Virus record (IMG/VR): IMGVR_UViG_3300030107_002332
Length of the DNA: 64,000 nt
Reading direction: 5' to 3' (one strand)
From: a virus
Made by a program: the position numbers and the translations under genes. Below, piece by piece: positions 1-10,227 of the stretch; position 1 is the stretch's first letter; the number at the start of each line of letters is the position of its first letter. The notes under the pieces were generated by a model. The model ran no database searches. It was not told where the DNA came from and was given only the letters and a program-made list of their open reading frames with translations.

Positions 1-3000
1 ATCCATTGAATTTCAATAACACTTGTACCAATAGTTGCTTTACCTACACACTGATTAATATCCTGAGCAGTGTCTGTTGCTGATACTTCCATCGTGAAGT
101 ATACATCAGTACCATCAATGATTAAATCAGTAATTTTCTCATTTCCAGTAGCAGAAGCTAACTTTCTCTTAACTGAGAAATTACCAGTAGTATCAATAGA
201 TGCAATAAATGCATCAAAAGGTGCAGCAGAGTTAGTATTAGTATAACCACCAATAATATAACGAGTATCTGAATATTTCTGAATTGCAGTTACATTATCA
301 GAACGAGTTGCACCAGATATACCAGCATATGCTTTTTGGAAACTTAATGTTGCACTAAGTCCATTTTCTGCCTGAACATACTTACAAAGAATGATATCAG
401 GGTTATATGCATCGAGTAGAGAACTATTGGGTTTATTATTACCAACTACCCAAATATTATCTCCATCTACATACAATCTCTCAAATTCTACGTATTTTAG
501 ACCAGCTGTACTCTCTAAAGTTTTTTGCCACTCTTTAACACCTGTAGCAGATAACTTCGCTACAAATCCTACTGTATTACCATCAGCATCTAAAGTTTTA
601 CCACAAGTGAATACTTCTTTCTTAATATTAACCTTACAGTCATTAATCTTGACATAATTATTATTTTCAATCTTAGAAACATAATAATCAGCCTTCTTGT
701 ATATCTGAGGATGACTTAAAATAACACGAGGATTGGTAGTATACCCAGATCCAGAGTTAGTAATGTTAACAGTATCAATAGCACCAACAGAACTAACAAC
801 CGCTTGTAAAGCACCTTGGGTTCCGTCGCCATCGATGATAATTGTTGGAGGAATTTCTTCATTATATCCAGATCCTGTCTGACTAATGACTATTTGCTCA
901 ATACCCTTGAATTGACGAACTTTAAATGTTTTGTTCGTGTTATCCATGATAGGTGTATAATCAATAAACACACTATCGCCAGCTATCAAGTTATGAGGTA
1001 CATCTGTCTTTAATGTACCGTAGTTACTTCCACTTACATTCTCAAAACCATAAGTTGAAACTGACTCACCTTTAATACGTGAAACACGAGCAGATACACC
1101 ATCTCCATCAGTATCTGTATTATCAAATACCAGTCTATCATTGACCTGATAGTTAATACCTGGGTTTTCAACTGTAAATCCAGTTACAGAAGCATCTTCA
1201 AACTTAGTAATAGTCTCAACTTCAATATCAACCTTGGAGTCAAACTTAACTGTAGGGAAGTAATCGAATAGTTGTAATGGTGCTTCTTCAAACAACTGAG
1301 TAGGATTAGCAGTCTCCTCAGCATCAATTACACCATCTCTATTAACGTCTTCTGGATCGAATAAGAGGATTTCTCCTGCTTCAGTAGTCAATGCATTAGT
1401 AGAAGCATTTGGAGTCCTTGTAACGTCAATATCAACGTTCTCATAAGGGTCTCTGTAACGTACAACACCTGCAGGAATGTTCTGTTGTGTTGCAGCATCA
1501 ACAAGGTTCCATTTATCAACAACTGAGTTGAAACTTGGACCTAAAACATAAGGGAATACTGGGTTACCATCTTCTGTAGAATCAATAGTAACAAAATAAC
1601 AATATCTACCATCAGTAAAGTCTGGTGTCTTACAGAAACGACCATTATACTGATCTAAATCACCTAAACCGAAGACATACTCATAATCTTCAACAAAGTT
1701 ACCAGCAGCTTCTGAATTTAGTAAAGGACCAGCAGTTCTTGCTGGATATGGGTTAGTTGTTGCATCATAAACTAAATTTGTCTTCAATCTATAAGAAGTA
1801 TTCAGTTTTGTAATAGAAGATGCTTGGTTAGTTGGGTCAGAGAAACCATAAGGACCATAAATTGGGTTACCATCAAACGCCCATCCAATGATAGGTGAGT
1901 GATTTAATTGAGTTTCTTGCTCCTTAATATTACCACTAGCATTTTCAAATAAGTTATCACCAAGAATATATCTTAATTTCTGAGGGTTGGATAAGTGAGC
2001 ATACTCACCACCATATTGGTTATTAAATCCTTCAAATACAGTACCTTTAGCAGAGTCAAATGTTGATGTTGCTTGAAGGTTATAAGTCCATTGGAATACA
2101 TTAGGTGTAAATGTAGCACCTTGACCAACAGATGTTAGGTTAATAATCGTAGTACCTTGAACATAGTTAATACCCTTATTAACAATAGTGATACCAGTAA
2201 CTCTACCAGCATTTTCACCATCAGTATCAATAGTAGCACGAGCAACAGCACCAAATCCAGCACCCTGAACAGAAACTTCAGGTGCGGTAGTATATCCAGA
2301 TCCAGCAGAAATAATAGCGATAGAAATGATTCTACCATTAGTTACAATTGCCTGAGCAACTGCACCACTACCAGAACTTAGTGTGACAGCAGGATTTGAA
2401 GTGTATGAAGCACCACCATCTGTTATAGCAATACTTTGAATTGGACCACGAACAGATGCAGTACCTTCAGCACCAGTTCCTCCACCACCAACAATAGTAA
2501 TTGAAGGCTGGGAAGTATATCCAGAACCACCTTGGTTGATCAGTATACTAGATACAACACCTTTAGTGATAATAGCAGTAGCTGCTGCTCCTGCTCCGCC
2601 ACCACCTACAATAGAGACCAAAGGTGAGGAAGTATACCCAGAACCCCCTGCAGTGACTGTGACTTCAGAGATAGAACCATCAACAGTTACATTTGCAGTT
2701 GCACCTGAACCGCTACCACCAGAAATAGTAATAGTTGGAGGTGAAGCAGCATCATATCCAGCACCAGCATTAGTGATGTTAATTCCAGTTATAGCACCGA
2801 AAGTTTTACTTAATTTTGACTTATATGCCCATATTGATACACCATTAACCCAAGTACCAACAGGACCAGAATCAATAGTATTCTTAGTCGAAATTGTAGT
2901 AGGTACTTTAGGAAATCTGTTTAATTTACGTTGGTTTCCTGGAAGAAGAGCAGATCCTGGGAAAGGACCAATCTTATAGTTAGGAATACCTGTAGAAGCA

Positions 3001-6000
3001 ACGTAAGTATGAGTAGTATCGAAGAATGAGTTTTGTACGTTAGTAGTATAAGAACCAATAGCATTTAAAACTGCACTATTATCTGACTTACCTTTATTAA
3101 GGTCAACAGATACAAGAATATTACCTTGAGGTATTACAGTAGCAGGTTGGGGAAGTTGATACTGGAAAGTATACTCGGAATCCCTTGATGTGACTAAGAA
3201 AGTTCCGTTATAGATTATTGGGTTAGCACCATATACAGTTACCTGATCTCCAACTAATAATCCATGAGGATTAGCACAAGTAAGAGTTGCAGATTGGTCA
3301 TTAACACCACCAAATGTTACAGTATTAACTGATATTAATTTTTTAACGTTATACAACCAAGTTGTAAGATCTGAAGTCGTACCAGTACCACCTAACTTAG
3401 AAACTGTTAATTTATCTCCAGGTAAGTAGTAAGATCCAGTATCTGTTAGATTAGTTTGCTGTGCATCAACAATACCAACAACATTCATTACAACTTCTTG
3501 TAATGTACCCTTATTCAGGTAAACTTTGAAGTTTGAAGTAACTTGTGTAGCAGAATCCCAATCTTCAACAACACCATTTACAGAACGAGTACATTCGATA
3601 AACTGGTTAAGTGATTTTTCCTTATATTGTACAACTTCTGTCGTAGTACCCGAACCAATAACAAACTCACCGTTCCTTTCTGGCCAACCAATGGTAGAGT
3701 CAACCGTAATAATAGAGTCGGTTGCACTCAATGGTTCAGCAAGTTTTGTCTTATATGGAACAGTAAATGAACCAGTAATAGTCTCTTCAGACAATACAAG
3801 TTCAAAAATTTCTACTTCAGACGTTTTAATTGAAATATAATTTTCTACAAGAGCACTCGCTGCTTTAATATTAGGGTCTGATATATCCTCTTCTTGTACT
3901 AATAAAGCATCTTTAATATCAACAGAATTACCAGAAACCTTAGTAGCACGAAGAATAGTATCAATAGACCAAGTAGCATCAGATGGTTTGATAATCTGAT
4001 CTTTTGGATAAGATATACTTACAGTTTCACCATAAAGTAACTTAAAGAGATAAGCAATACTAAAAGATGTACCCTTTGAAGAGTAGAAATCTTTAATAGT
4101 TTTAATTGCTGTACGAACGTCAATTTTCTTATAATCGAGTTCAGGTACATCAGGAAGGAACTGTTCTGTATATTTGTCTAAAAGTCTCTTTATAAACAGT
4201 TGGTCTAAGCACTTAACTGGAGTATTAACAGTAGCTGCAGCAGCAGTAGTTGCACTAGAGAAAACTGCATTACCATCTTCTGTATATGAAGTAATTCCTG
4301 AAGCAGCACGAGCACATCCTTCAAATTGTGCTTTAGTGTATTCTTTTCCTTCCTGTGTTACAGTAAAACCAGTAATTTCCTTTAAACCAATCTCAGCAGA
4401 TGCTTCTGCAGCAGGTGGAGTCTGAATAACGATAGTTGGAGGTGCAGCAGCAGTATAACCAGTTCCAAATGCAGTTATATTAATATCAGTGATTCTACCA
4501 TTGAATATTGCAGCAACAGCAGTTGCTCCAGTACCACCTATTGAATTTCCTTGTGCATCTACTCTTCCATCAACAATGTATACAGATGGAATATCCTCAT
4601 ATCCGCTACCACCATCTAAAAGTTCAATATTAATTACACGACCATCACCGTCAACAGACGTTTGAAGTATTTGAGCACCAACTGGATCAACAATAGCAAC
4701 CCTTGGAACTGTTGTATATCCTTGCCCTGCATTTAATACAGTAATTGAAGCAAGAGTACCGTCTGCAGCAAGGTTTGCACGTAATGATGCTTTAATAGGG
4801 TTAGTTCCTGTTGGTTCATCGACATATATGACTGGGGCAGTAGTATAACCAAATCCTACATTAGTAATGGTTGGAGCAGCTGCAAAAGAACCATTAGTAA
4901 TGGTTGGAGGATCAATTGTAGCACCTCCAGGCTGTCTAAATGTTAATCTTGGTGTAAATGTATATCCACTACCTGAATTAAGTATTTCAAGTCCACTTAC
5001 AGCACCATTAGTAACAGTTGCTTTAAGTTTTGCCTGTGTTGCACCTGGTTTAGTTGGTGATTGTACTTGAACTACTGGTGGGTTAGTGTCACTATAACCT
5101 TTACCACCATCTAATAGAGAAACTGATTTAACACCATTAACTAATGCATTAGCTGAAGCACCACTACCTAATACAGAACTAATAGTTACTTTAGGAGGAT
5201 ACTCAAATCTATATTCTGATCCATTAGTATCAGTCTCAATGCTGGTAAGAGTACCAGTATCACTAATACGTGCATATCCAATAGCACCAGCTCCAAATGA
5301 AGGTACAGGTGCCTCAATAGCATATAATGATAAGAATCTACCGTTTAAAGGGGCAGTTAAGAATATAAATTGATCTCCATCTATGAAGAAATCAACTTTA
5401 GGAACTAAAAGTCTATTATCATAAATTGCAATAACATATTCATCTACAATAGGTTCATACCTTTCAGCATTCTTTGTAATAGTAAATTGTCTCTTAGATT
5501 CACCAAAAGAATTAGATAAATTATCTATTGCTACAATTGGGTTTTCAATAAAACCACTTAAGAAATTAATATATGTCTGATCTGATCCATCTGAAGGAGT
5601 TCTTGTTCTTGGAGCCTCATTAAAGACGATATTAGTACCATTAATGGTATAATCAACAACAGGAACTAAAATTTTACCATAAACACTTACAATTAAGTGT
5701 TGTGGTGTTATAGGAGCAATAGGACTGTCTTGAGATGTTAAAGGAAACTGCGTTGTTGTTCCATCAAATGATAAAAGAGGACTTGCAAGACCTGTCCACT
5801 TAAGTTTTACCTGATCATATGAAATACCTGGACTTAATGCAATATTAGGTGCAGAAGTCGTCTTTTCATAGTAAATTATCTCATCACCAATTAATACAGA
5901 TCCATTATTATCAAGAAATTTATCAACACTCTCTACAACAATAGTATTATTCGTCGAATTTATTGCTTCTACAACTTTAGTCGAACCATCAAGTATCCCA

Positions 6001-6182
6001 ATATCTAACTTATCAATATCAAGATATTGAAGGAAGTTATTGAGTATATTTTGACCTAATCCTGTTTTCTCTTGAGATCTATAATAATACTGTATAAACC
6101 TATTAAATAGGGGATATTCAGACTCCAGAAAATCGGGAGTCTGACTCCTTATAGCTTGAGAAACCTTATTAATATTGCTCAT
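1..6182 (-). CDS. gp7: Giant baseplate wedge / virion structural protein (gp7-like), more than 2060 aa, runs off the left edge of the window
   Basis: Not in the ORF track because it has no stop in the window. ATG at 6182 just after the gp6 stop; reads MSNINKVSQAIRSQTPDFLESEYPLFNRFIQYYY... and stayed open throughout my hand translation. Contains IKDFYSSKGT (wedge-type motif), many GGSGYT-type repeats and a YHYH-like segment (SPIIGWAFDGNPIYGPYG, GDLDQYNGRFC). Follows gp6 as in T4-like cyanophages. Confidence 0.8.
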   Translation of the reverse strand, partial: MSNINKVSQAIRSQTPDFLESEYPLFNRFIQYYYRSQEKTGLGQNILNNFLQYLDIDKLDIGILDGSTKVVEAINSTNNTIVVESVDKFLDNNGSVLIGDEIIYYEKTTSAPNIALSPGISYDQVKLKWTGLASPLLSFDGTTTQFPLTSQDSPIAPITPQHLIVSVYGKILVPVVDYTINGTNIVFNEAPRTRTPSDGSDQTYINFLSGFIENPIVAIDNLSNSFGESKRQFTITKNAERYEPIVDEYVIAIYDNRLLVPKVDFFIDGDQFIFLTAPLNGRFLSLYAIEAPVPSFGAGAIGYARISDTGTLTSIETDTNGSEYRFEYPPKVTISSVLGSGASANALVNGVKSVSLLDGGKGYSDTNPPVVQVQSPTKPGATQAKLKATVTNGAVSGLEILNSGSGYTFTPRLTFRQPGGATIDPPTITNGSFAAAPTITNVGFGYTTAPVIYVDEPTGTNPIKASLRANLAADGTLASITVLNAGQGYTTVPRVAIVDPVGAQILQTSVDGDGRVINIELLDGGSGYEDIPSVYIVDGRVDAQGNSIGGTGATAVAAIFNGRITDINITAFGTGYTAAAPPTIVIQTPPAAEASAEIGLKEITGFTVTQEGKEYTKAQFEGCARAASGITSYTEDGNAVFSSATTAAAATVNTPVKCLDQLFIKRLLDKYTEQFLPDVPELDYKKIDVRTAIKTIKDFYSSKGTSFSIAYLFKLLYGETVSISYPKDQIIKPSDATWSIDTILRATKVSGNSVDIKDALLVQEEDISDPNIKAASALVENYISIKTSEVEIFELVLSEETITGSFTVPYKTKLAEPLSATDSIITVDSTIGWPERNGEFVIGSGTTTEVVQYKEKSLNQFIECTRSVNGVVEDWDSATQVTSNFKVYLNKGTLQEVVMNVVGIVDAQQTNLTDTGSYYLPGDKLTVSKLGGTGTTSDLTTWLYNVKKLISVNTVTFGGVNDQSATLTCANPHGLLVGDQVTVYGANPIIYNGTFLVTSRDSEYTFQYQLPQPATVIPQGNILVSVDLNKGKSDNSAVLNAIGSYTTNVQNSFFDTTHTYVASTGIPNYKIGPFPGSALLPGNQRKLNRFPKVPTTISTKNTIDSGPVGTWVNGVSIWAYKSKLSKTFGAITGINITNAGAGYDAASPPTITISGGSGSGATANVTVDGSISEVTVTAGGSGYTSSPLVSIVGGGGAGAAATAIITKGVVSSILINQGGSGYTSQPSITIVGGGGTGAEGTASVRGPIQSIAITDGGASYTSNPAVTLSSGSGAVAQAIVTNGRIISIAIISAGSGYTTAPEVSVQGAGFGAVARATIDTDGENAGRVTGITIVNKGINYVQGTTIINLTSVGQGATFTPNVFQWTYNLQATSTFDSAKGTVFEGFNNQYGGEYAHLSNPQKLRYILGDNLFENASGNIKEQETQLNHSPIIGWAFDGNPIYGPYGFSDPTNQASSITKLNTSYRLKTNLVYDATTNPYPARTAGPLLNSEAAGNFVEDYEYVFGLGDLDQYNGRFCKTPDFTDGRYCYFVTIDSTEDGNPVFPYVLGPSFNSVVDKWNLVDAATQQNIPAGVVRYRDPYENVDIDVTRTPNASTNALTTEAGEILLFDPEDVNRDGVIDAEETANPTQLFEEAPLQLFDYFPTVKFDSKVDIEVETITKFEDASVTGFTVENPGINYQVNDRLVFDNTDTDGDGVSARVSRIKGESVSTYGFENVSGSNYGTLKTDVPHNLIAGDSVFIDYTPIMDNTNKTFKVRQFKGIEQIVISQTGSGYNEEIPPTIIIDGDGTQGALQAVVSSVGAIDTVNITNSGSGYTTNPRVILSHPQIYKKADYYVSKIENNNYVKINDCKVNIKKEVFTCGKTLDADGNTVGFVAKLSATGVKEWQKTLESTAGLKYVEFERLYVDGDNIWVVGNNKPNSSLLDAYNPDIILCKYVQAENGLSATLSFQKAYAGISGATRSDNVTAIQKYSDTRYIIGGYTNTNSAAPFDAFIASIDTTGNFSVKRKLASATGNEKITDLIIDGTDVYFTMEVSATDTAQDINQCVGKATIGTSVIEIQW

Positions 6183-6186
6183 CTAA

Positions 6187-8217
6187 TTAGAAACAACTAT
6201 CTGTATTCGTTGTGCCAGTGTTTGTCAGGTTCGGAACTTCAACCGTAGTTGGAGTCTGATTGAAAACTGTTGGTGTCAAACTATTTAGAGGTATAGTACC
6301 AGGTGGAGTTGTTCCAATTGGAGAAACCGTAACCTCAGGATTCACAATATTAATAACAGTTCCTGGTGTAGATGCTGGAATGGTAGAATTGTTTGAAGGT
6401 ATAAAGAGCACGGGGATTTGTAAATCTATTGGTAAGAGAGTAGTATCAATCACCGTTCCTACACCAGTAACAGTATCAGTTAACGTTAAGTTAGTGATAG
6501 AAGGTACATTAGCACCAGCACCTATTATATTAACTGCTCCGAAGCATATTTCGCCTGTAGCATAGTTAACTGATCCAGCACTATCATTCGTATATACTTT
6601 CTTATTACCAGTGTTATAGAAGGTTCTTAACTTACCAAATCCATCGTCTTCAAATTGCTGATCGATACCTGGTCTATCAGCAGTCCTAAAGGTTCCTGAT
6701 AATACGACAGGTTCCTTCTTACAAGAGTCACTAGCACCACTATTACTTGGAGCACTATCATATAATTGACCACCAGTTGAAACACAATACGTGTTTGTTG
6801 AGTTAGTACCTGGTTTGATATACTTCAGAATTGTAGTTTGTAGTGAAACGTCACTTATACACTTGTCGGAAAGCACAATTGCCTTCTCAAAGTTCTGACT
6901 TCTAAAGGTAGAGTTAAAGTTATTAATCTGTGTCTGAGAAGCCCAATTAGTGATAGCATCATTAATATGGGTTTTTATATCAGATGTACTAGAACCGCAA
7001 CCAGTATCATACTGTGCAAAGATCTTATTGTAGATATAGATCTGATCTGGATCAACGACAACAGGGTCAATTGATGCCATAGCGTATTTTCTTAAATCTG
7101 CTGCTACTTCTTTCTTAGTTTGGTCATTAAGTAATGATCCAGTCTTAGTTTTGATTGCAACGAAAACTTTACCGTAAATTGGAGGATTTAAAGCATCTCC
7201 ACCATATGCAACAACGGAATCAGCATTAGAATAAACTTTTTTAGTAATAACAGCATAATCTTGTGCTGTTACTGCTCTATACTGTGCAGAGTAGTATCTT
7301 GGAGCATTATATTTAATAGATTCAGGTGATTCTGCAACAGATCCCAGTTGTGACCTGTCTTTTGTTGTAAGATCTACTGAATTTGGTCCATAAGCAACTC
7401 CTAAATTATCCCTCATAGTACCAACGAAGGAGAATCCAGTTACCTCATTTGCTTCAATACCAGAAGTTACAAGATACTCAAGATCAACAACCTCACCATC
7501 TTTTAGTGCTCTACCAGCAGTATCATCACCAAACCTTATCTCATACCTCATATCCTCGCCTTCAGAGAGGAAATAAACCCTTGTGGTAGCAGTTAGGTTG
7601 GTAACAGTATCAACCTTGTTATAGAGGTCAGAAGCAGTCGCAGACTCGTTTGCTTTTACCCTTACAGTTAAAGTATCAATATCAGCGTCTTCAGAAGGAA
7701 CTTTATAATTTTGAGTTGCAAAAGTATTAACAACGTAGTTAAATCTGACAATAGTTCCTTCACGAATCATCAAATTGTCAAATTCGGCAAGTCCAGTGGT
7801 AGTATTAACAACTACAGTAGTATCTTGAAGAATATTCCAAATAAAATTACCACCAGTAGCAACTGCACCCTTAGATAGAGTTATACTACTTGGATATGCA
7901 CCATTTGTCTTAACAGTCTGTACTTCAAGTTTAAGACATGCTTTTGATGAAGCAATTGACTTAGGAACATAATTTAACAGTTTAGCAATATTAACAATAT
8001 TGTCTCTAACAGTGGCAGAAGGCAAAAATGCCTCATTCATTGCCATATTAGCATTAAATGCGGTATAATATGTGTTATACGCTAAAGTATCAATCAAATA
8101 CGTCAGAGCAGAACCTTCAAAGTCATAATCAGTGAACTCTGATCTGGTTCTAAGATAAGACTTAATCGATGCTTTTACATCATCAAAATCTAATGCTGTT
8201 AAATTATTCGGTTGCAT
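6187..8217 (-). CDS. gp6: Baseplate wedge subunit gp6
   Basis: LDFDDVKASIKSYL...FTDYDFEGSAL..LIDTLAYNTYY and APRYYSAQYRAVTAQDY motifs typical of T4 gp6; adjacent to gp25. Confidence 0.93.
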   Translation of the reverse strand: MQPNNLTALDFDDVKASIKSYLRTRSEFTDYDFEGSALTYLIDTLAYNTYYTAFNANMAMNEAFLPSATVRDNIVNIAKLLNYVPKSIASSKACLKLEVQTVKTNGAYPSSITLSKGAVATGGNFIWNILQDTTVVVNTTTGLAEFDNLMIREGTIVRFNYVVNTFATQNYKVPSEDADIDTLTVRVKANESATASDLYNKVDTVTNLTATTRVYFLSEGEDMRYEIRFGDDTAGRALKDGEVVDLEYLVTSGIEANEVTGFSFVGTMRDNLGVAYGPNSVDLTTKDRSQLGSVAESPESIKYNAPRYYSAQYRAVTAQDYAVITKKVYSNADSVVAYGGDALNPPIYGKVFVAIKTKTGSLLNDQTKKEVAADLRKYAMASIDPVVVDPDQIYIYNKIFAQYDTGCGSSTSDIKTHINDAITNWASQTQINNFNSTFRSQNFEKAIVLSDKCISDVSLQTTILKYIKPGTNSTNTYCVSTGGQLYDSAPSNSGASDSCKKEPVVLSGTFRTADRPGIDQQFEDDGFGKLRTFYNTGNKKVYTNDSAGSVNYATGEICFGAVNIIGAGANVPSITNLTLTDTVTGVGTVIDTTLLPIDLQIPVLFIPSNNSTIPASTPGTVINIVNPEVTVSPIGTTPPGTIPLNSLTPTVFNQTPTTVEVPNLTNTGTTNTDSCF

Positions 8218-8636
8218 TATTCAGGTCTCTTTAAGACAAAGGAAATATTCTCAACAACGGGTTGCCCAACAATTTGGTATTCAACATCTATTCCAATAGC
8301 ATTATCATCCCAAATAGGTTGTACGGATACTTCCGTGAGGGCAACTCTAGGTTCATACTGATTAATAGTATTTATGACTTCTTCTTGGATTTGATCAGCC
8401 ACAAAGGGATCTAATGGTTCAAATAGTAATGTATATACATTAGATCCAATTAAAGGTTGGAAAGGTTTCTCTCCAGGAGTAGTTAATATTAAATTCTTTA
8501 TTGATTGTTTAATTGCATTATCATTCTTTACCACATTAACATCATCCGTGAAAGGATTTTTTCCCATCATCACGGCAATATCCTTAAAAGCACGAGACCT
8601 TTTCTGTTCGTTCCTTCCAATCTTCTTTAATGCCAT
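8217..8636 (-). CDS. gp25: Baseplate wedge subunit gp25
   Basis: AIKQSIKNLILTTPGEKPFQPLIGS...INQYEPRV motif of the gp25/GPW family; directly upstream of gp6. Confidence 0.93.
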   Translation of the reverse strand: MALKKIGRNEQKRSRAFKDIAVMMGKNPFTDDVNVVKNDNAIKQSIKNLILTTPGEKPFQPLIGSNVYTLLFEPLDPFVADQIQEEVINTINQYEPRVALTEVSVQPIWDDNAIGIDVEYQIVGQPVVENISFVLKRPE

Positions 8637-8920
8637 TATACCTTATAGAATGTATAGTTCAAAAACAATTCTTCCATAGGACCAATTGGTTTTATAACCT
8701 TTACATAATATTTATCGTCTACTTGGTATTTTTCGCAATTAGGGAAGTTTGAATGATTCAAAAATCCTCCTAATGGTGTCCGAAATATTTCTTCACCTCT
8801 AATAAGGTGAGATAGACCCAATTCAGTTCCAACTTTAAGACTATTCCTTGAGAATATGCCTTGACCAGCAATAGGGCTGTTTGAAATAAACAACCCCTCT
8901 GGTAATGCCCTGTAAGTCAC
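8636..8920 (-). CDS. Minimal SET-domain protein (putative lysine methyltransferase)
   Basis: SPIAGQGIF, GFLNHSNFPNC and EELFLNY match the SET signatures GxG, NHSxxPN and EELxxxY. Confidence 0.8.
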   Translation of the reverse strand: MTYRALPEGLFISNSPIAGQGIFSRNSLKVGTELGLSHLIRGEEIFRTPLGGFLNHSNFPNCEKYQVDDKYYVKVIKPIGPMEELFLNYTFYKV

Positions 8921-8949
8921 ATTAACATATTATAGCTGGAACTATTTAG

Positions 8950-9528
8950 TTACGAATATGACTGCTCATACGCTTTTTGCTTTTTTAGTGCCTCTTGATG
9001 CACTCCCCACATTTCTTTAAAGAGTAATGTAGCAAATTCATAAGCAGTTTCCACTTCACGTTGCATATCATCCTTTAATCTTCCACGGATCTTTGTTATC
9101 AATTCACCAGGATTATTAAATTCAAACATTTTACCAGATCCAGGTACTCTTGCCTTTAACTGCTGACCACCCATAAGGTCTCCCATATGCCTTGTATAGC
9201 AGTGTGCCCAGACTCGTTCTGGTTCATGCCTTAATCCATCTAAGTACGCTCTATAAGCGTATACAGAGTCCAATACGGCAGGAGGTTCTGATTCCTTCCA
9301 TAACTCATCAAAATCCTCTTGTATCTGTGGTGCTCTTAAGAGATCTTCAAAACCTTTTAAAACACCTCCTTGTACTCCAATTTCCTCTAATGTCTGATAT
9401 ATGAGGTAAAGTTGGTACAAATAAGTTGCGTATGTCTCATGAGGACAACGACCACTGAATAAAATGCCAACAAAGGGTTGACTCTCTGCTTGTTTATGAT
9501 GTTGTTGTGTTAATTCTTTTAAACTCAT
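8950..9528 (-). CDS. ho1: Heme oxygenase (ferredoxin-dependent, biliverdin-forming)
   Basis: LKELTQQHHKQAES (proximal His helix), YATYLYQLYLIYQTLE, AHCYTRHMGDLMGGQ (distal helix), EVETAYEFATLLF. Confidence 0.88.
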   Translation of the reverse strand: MSLKELTQQHHKQAESQPFVGILFSGRCPHETYATYLYQLYLIYQTLEEIGVQGGVLKGFEDLLRAPQIQEDFDELWKESEPPAVLDSVYAYRAYLDGLRHEPERVWAHCYTRHMGDLMGGQQLKARVPGSGKMFEFNNPGELITKIRGRLKDDMQREVETAYEFATLLFKEMWGVHQEALKKQKAYEQSYS

Positions 9529-9668
9529 TATCCTTGTCCTCTTGTGCGTTTTTTCGCATGATTGCGACTAGTAGCGGAATATTTAGTGTGTTTTCCATTC
9601 CCTTGACGGGTTTTCTTAGGTTTTGCCTCCACAAAAGTGTCGGGATTCCAATTTATTGATTTTGCCAT
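9528..9668 (-). CDS. Small basic hypothetical protein (46 aa)
   Basis: Hand-translated MAKSINWNPDTFVEAKPKKTRQGNGKHTKYSATSRNHAKKRTRGQG; fills the PAAR-ho1 gap; its TAA overlaps the ho1 ATG. Confidence 0.7.
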   Translation of the reverse strand: MAKSINWNPDTFVEAKPKKTRQGNGKHTKYSATSRNHAKKRTRGQG

Positions 9669-9676
9669 AATTTAGG

Positions 9677-10225
9677 TTATTTTCCTACGTATACATTTGG
9701 ACTAGCTGTTGCGACTAACGATGTGCATGGAAATGCAACCGTTGTATCACCTAAAGGATCACTCATTCTACCTAAACGTAATGTTTGAACAAACACTGTT
9801 GCGGTAGTGGCGAATAGTTTACGAGCATGACCTACTGCTGCTTCTCTACCACCTGCAGTACCTACAGTACAATGCCATGCTGGTGTACTTACAGTACAAA
9901 AGCATTTAAAACCTACGGAAGTAGTTGTATGTTGTACTGGAGTAGGATGGGGAATAAGCAAATCTTGGTCACAGATAGGCATTTTACCATTAATTATCAC
10001 AGTACGCAAGTACGGACCAGCAGGTGTTTGAGAATGAGGTGGCCATATAGTAGTTGCATTCATTGCTGCAACTGGTTTTGGCACCACTTGAGGTGCTAAA
10101 GATGGGTGTGGACAAGGACTAAGTGTACCACCACCTAAACCTGGATGGTGTGATGATCCGCATCCTACTCCATGTCCACTATCAACTCCCATATAGAGAG
10201 CTGCTCCTAAAGGTGATCCTGCCAT
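9677..10225 (-). CDS. PAAR-like spike tip protein (gp5.4-like), extended
   Basis: DSGHG, TVIINGKMPICDQDLLIPH, GHARKL...TVFVQTLRLGRMSDPLG, VATASPNVYVG resemble PAAR repeats with His/Cys metal ligands. Confidence 0.75.
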   Translation of the reverse strand: MAGSPLGAALYMGVDSGHGVGCGSSHHPGLGGGTLSPCPHPSLAPQVVPKPVAAMNATTIWPPHSQTPAGPYLRTVIINGKMPICDQDLLIPHPTPVQHTTTSVGFKCFCTVSTPAWHCTVGTAGGREAAVGHARKLFATTATVFVQTLRLGRMSDPLGDTTVAFPCTSLVATASPNVYVGK

Positions 10226-10227
10226 AA

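Noticed and set aside
391-6565. Plus-strand ORFs (391, 816, 2157, 2536, 3526, 4174, 4867, 6260) and minus-strand 2135..2338
   Set aside because: Antisense or alternate-frame shadows of the continuous gp7-like and gp6 genes.
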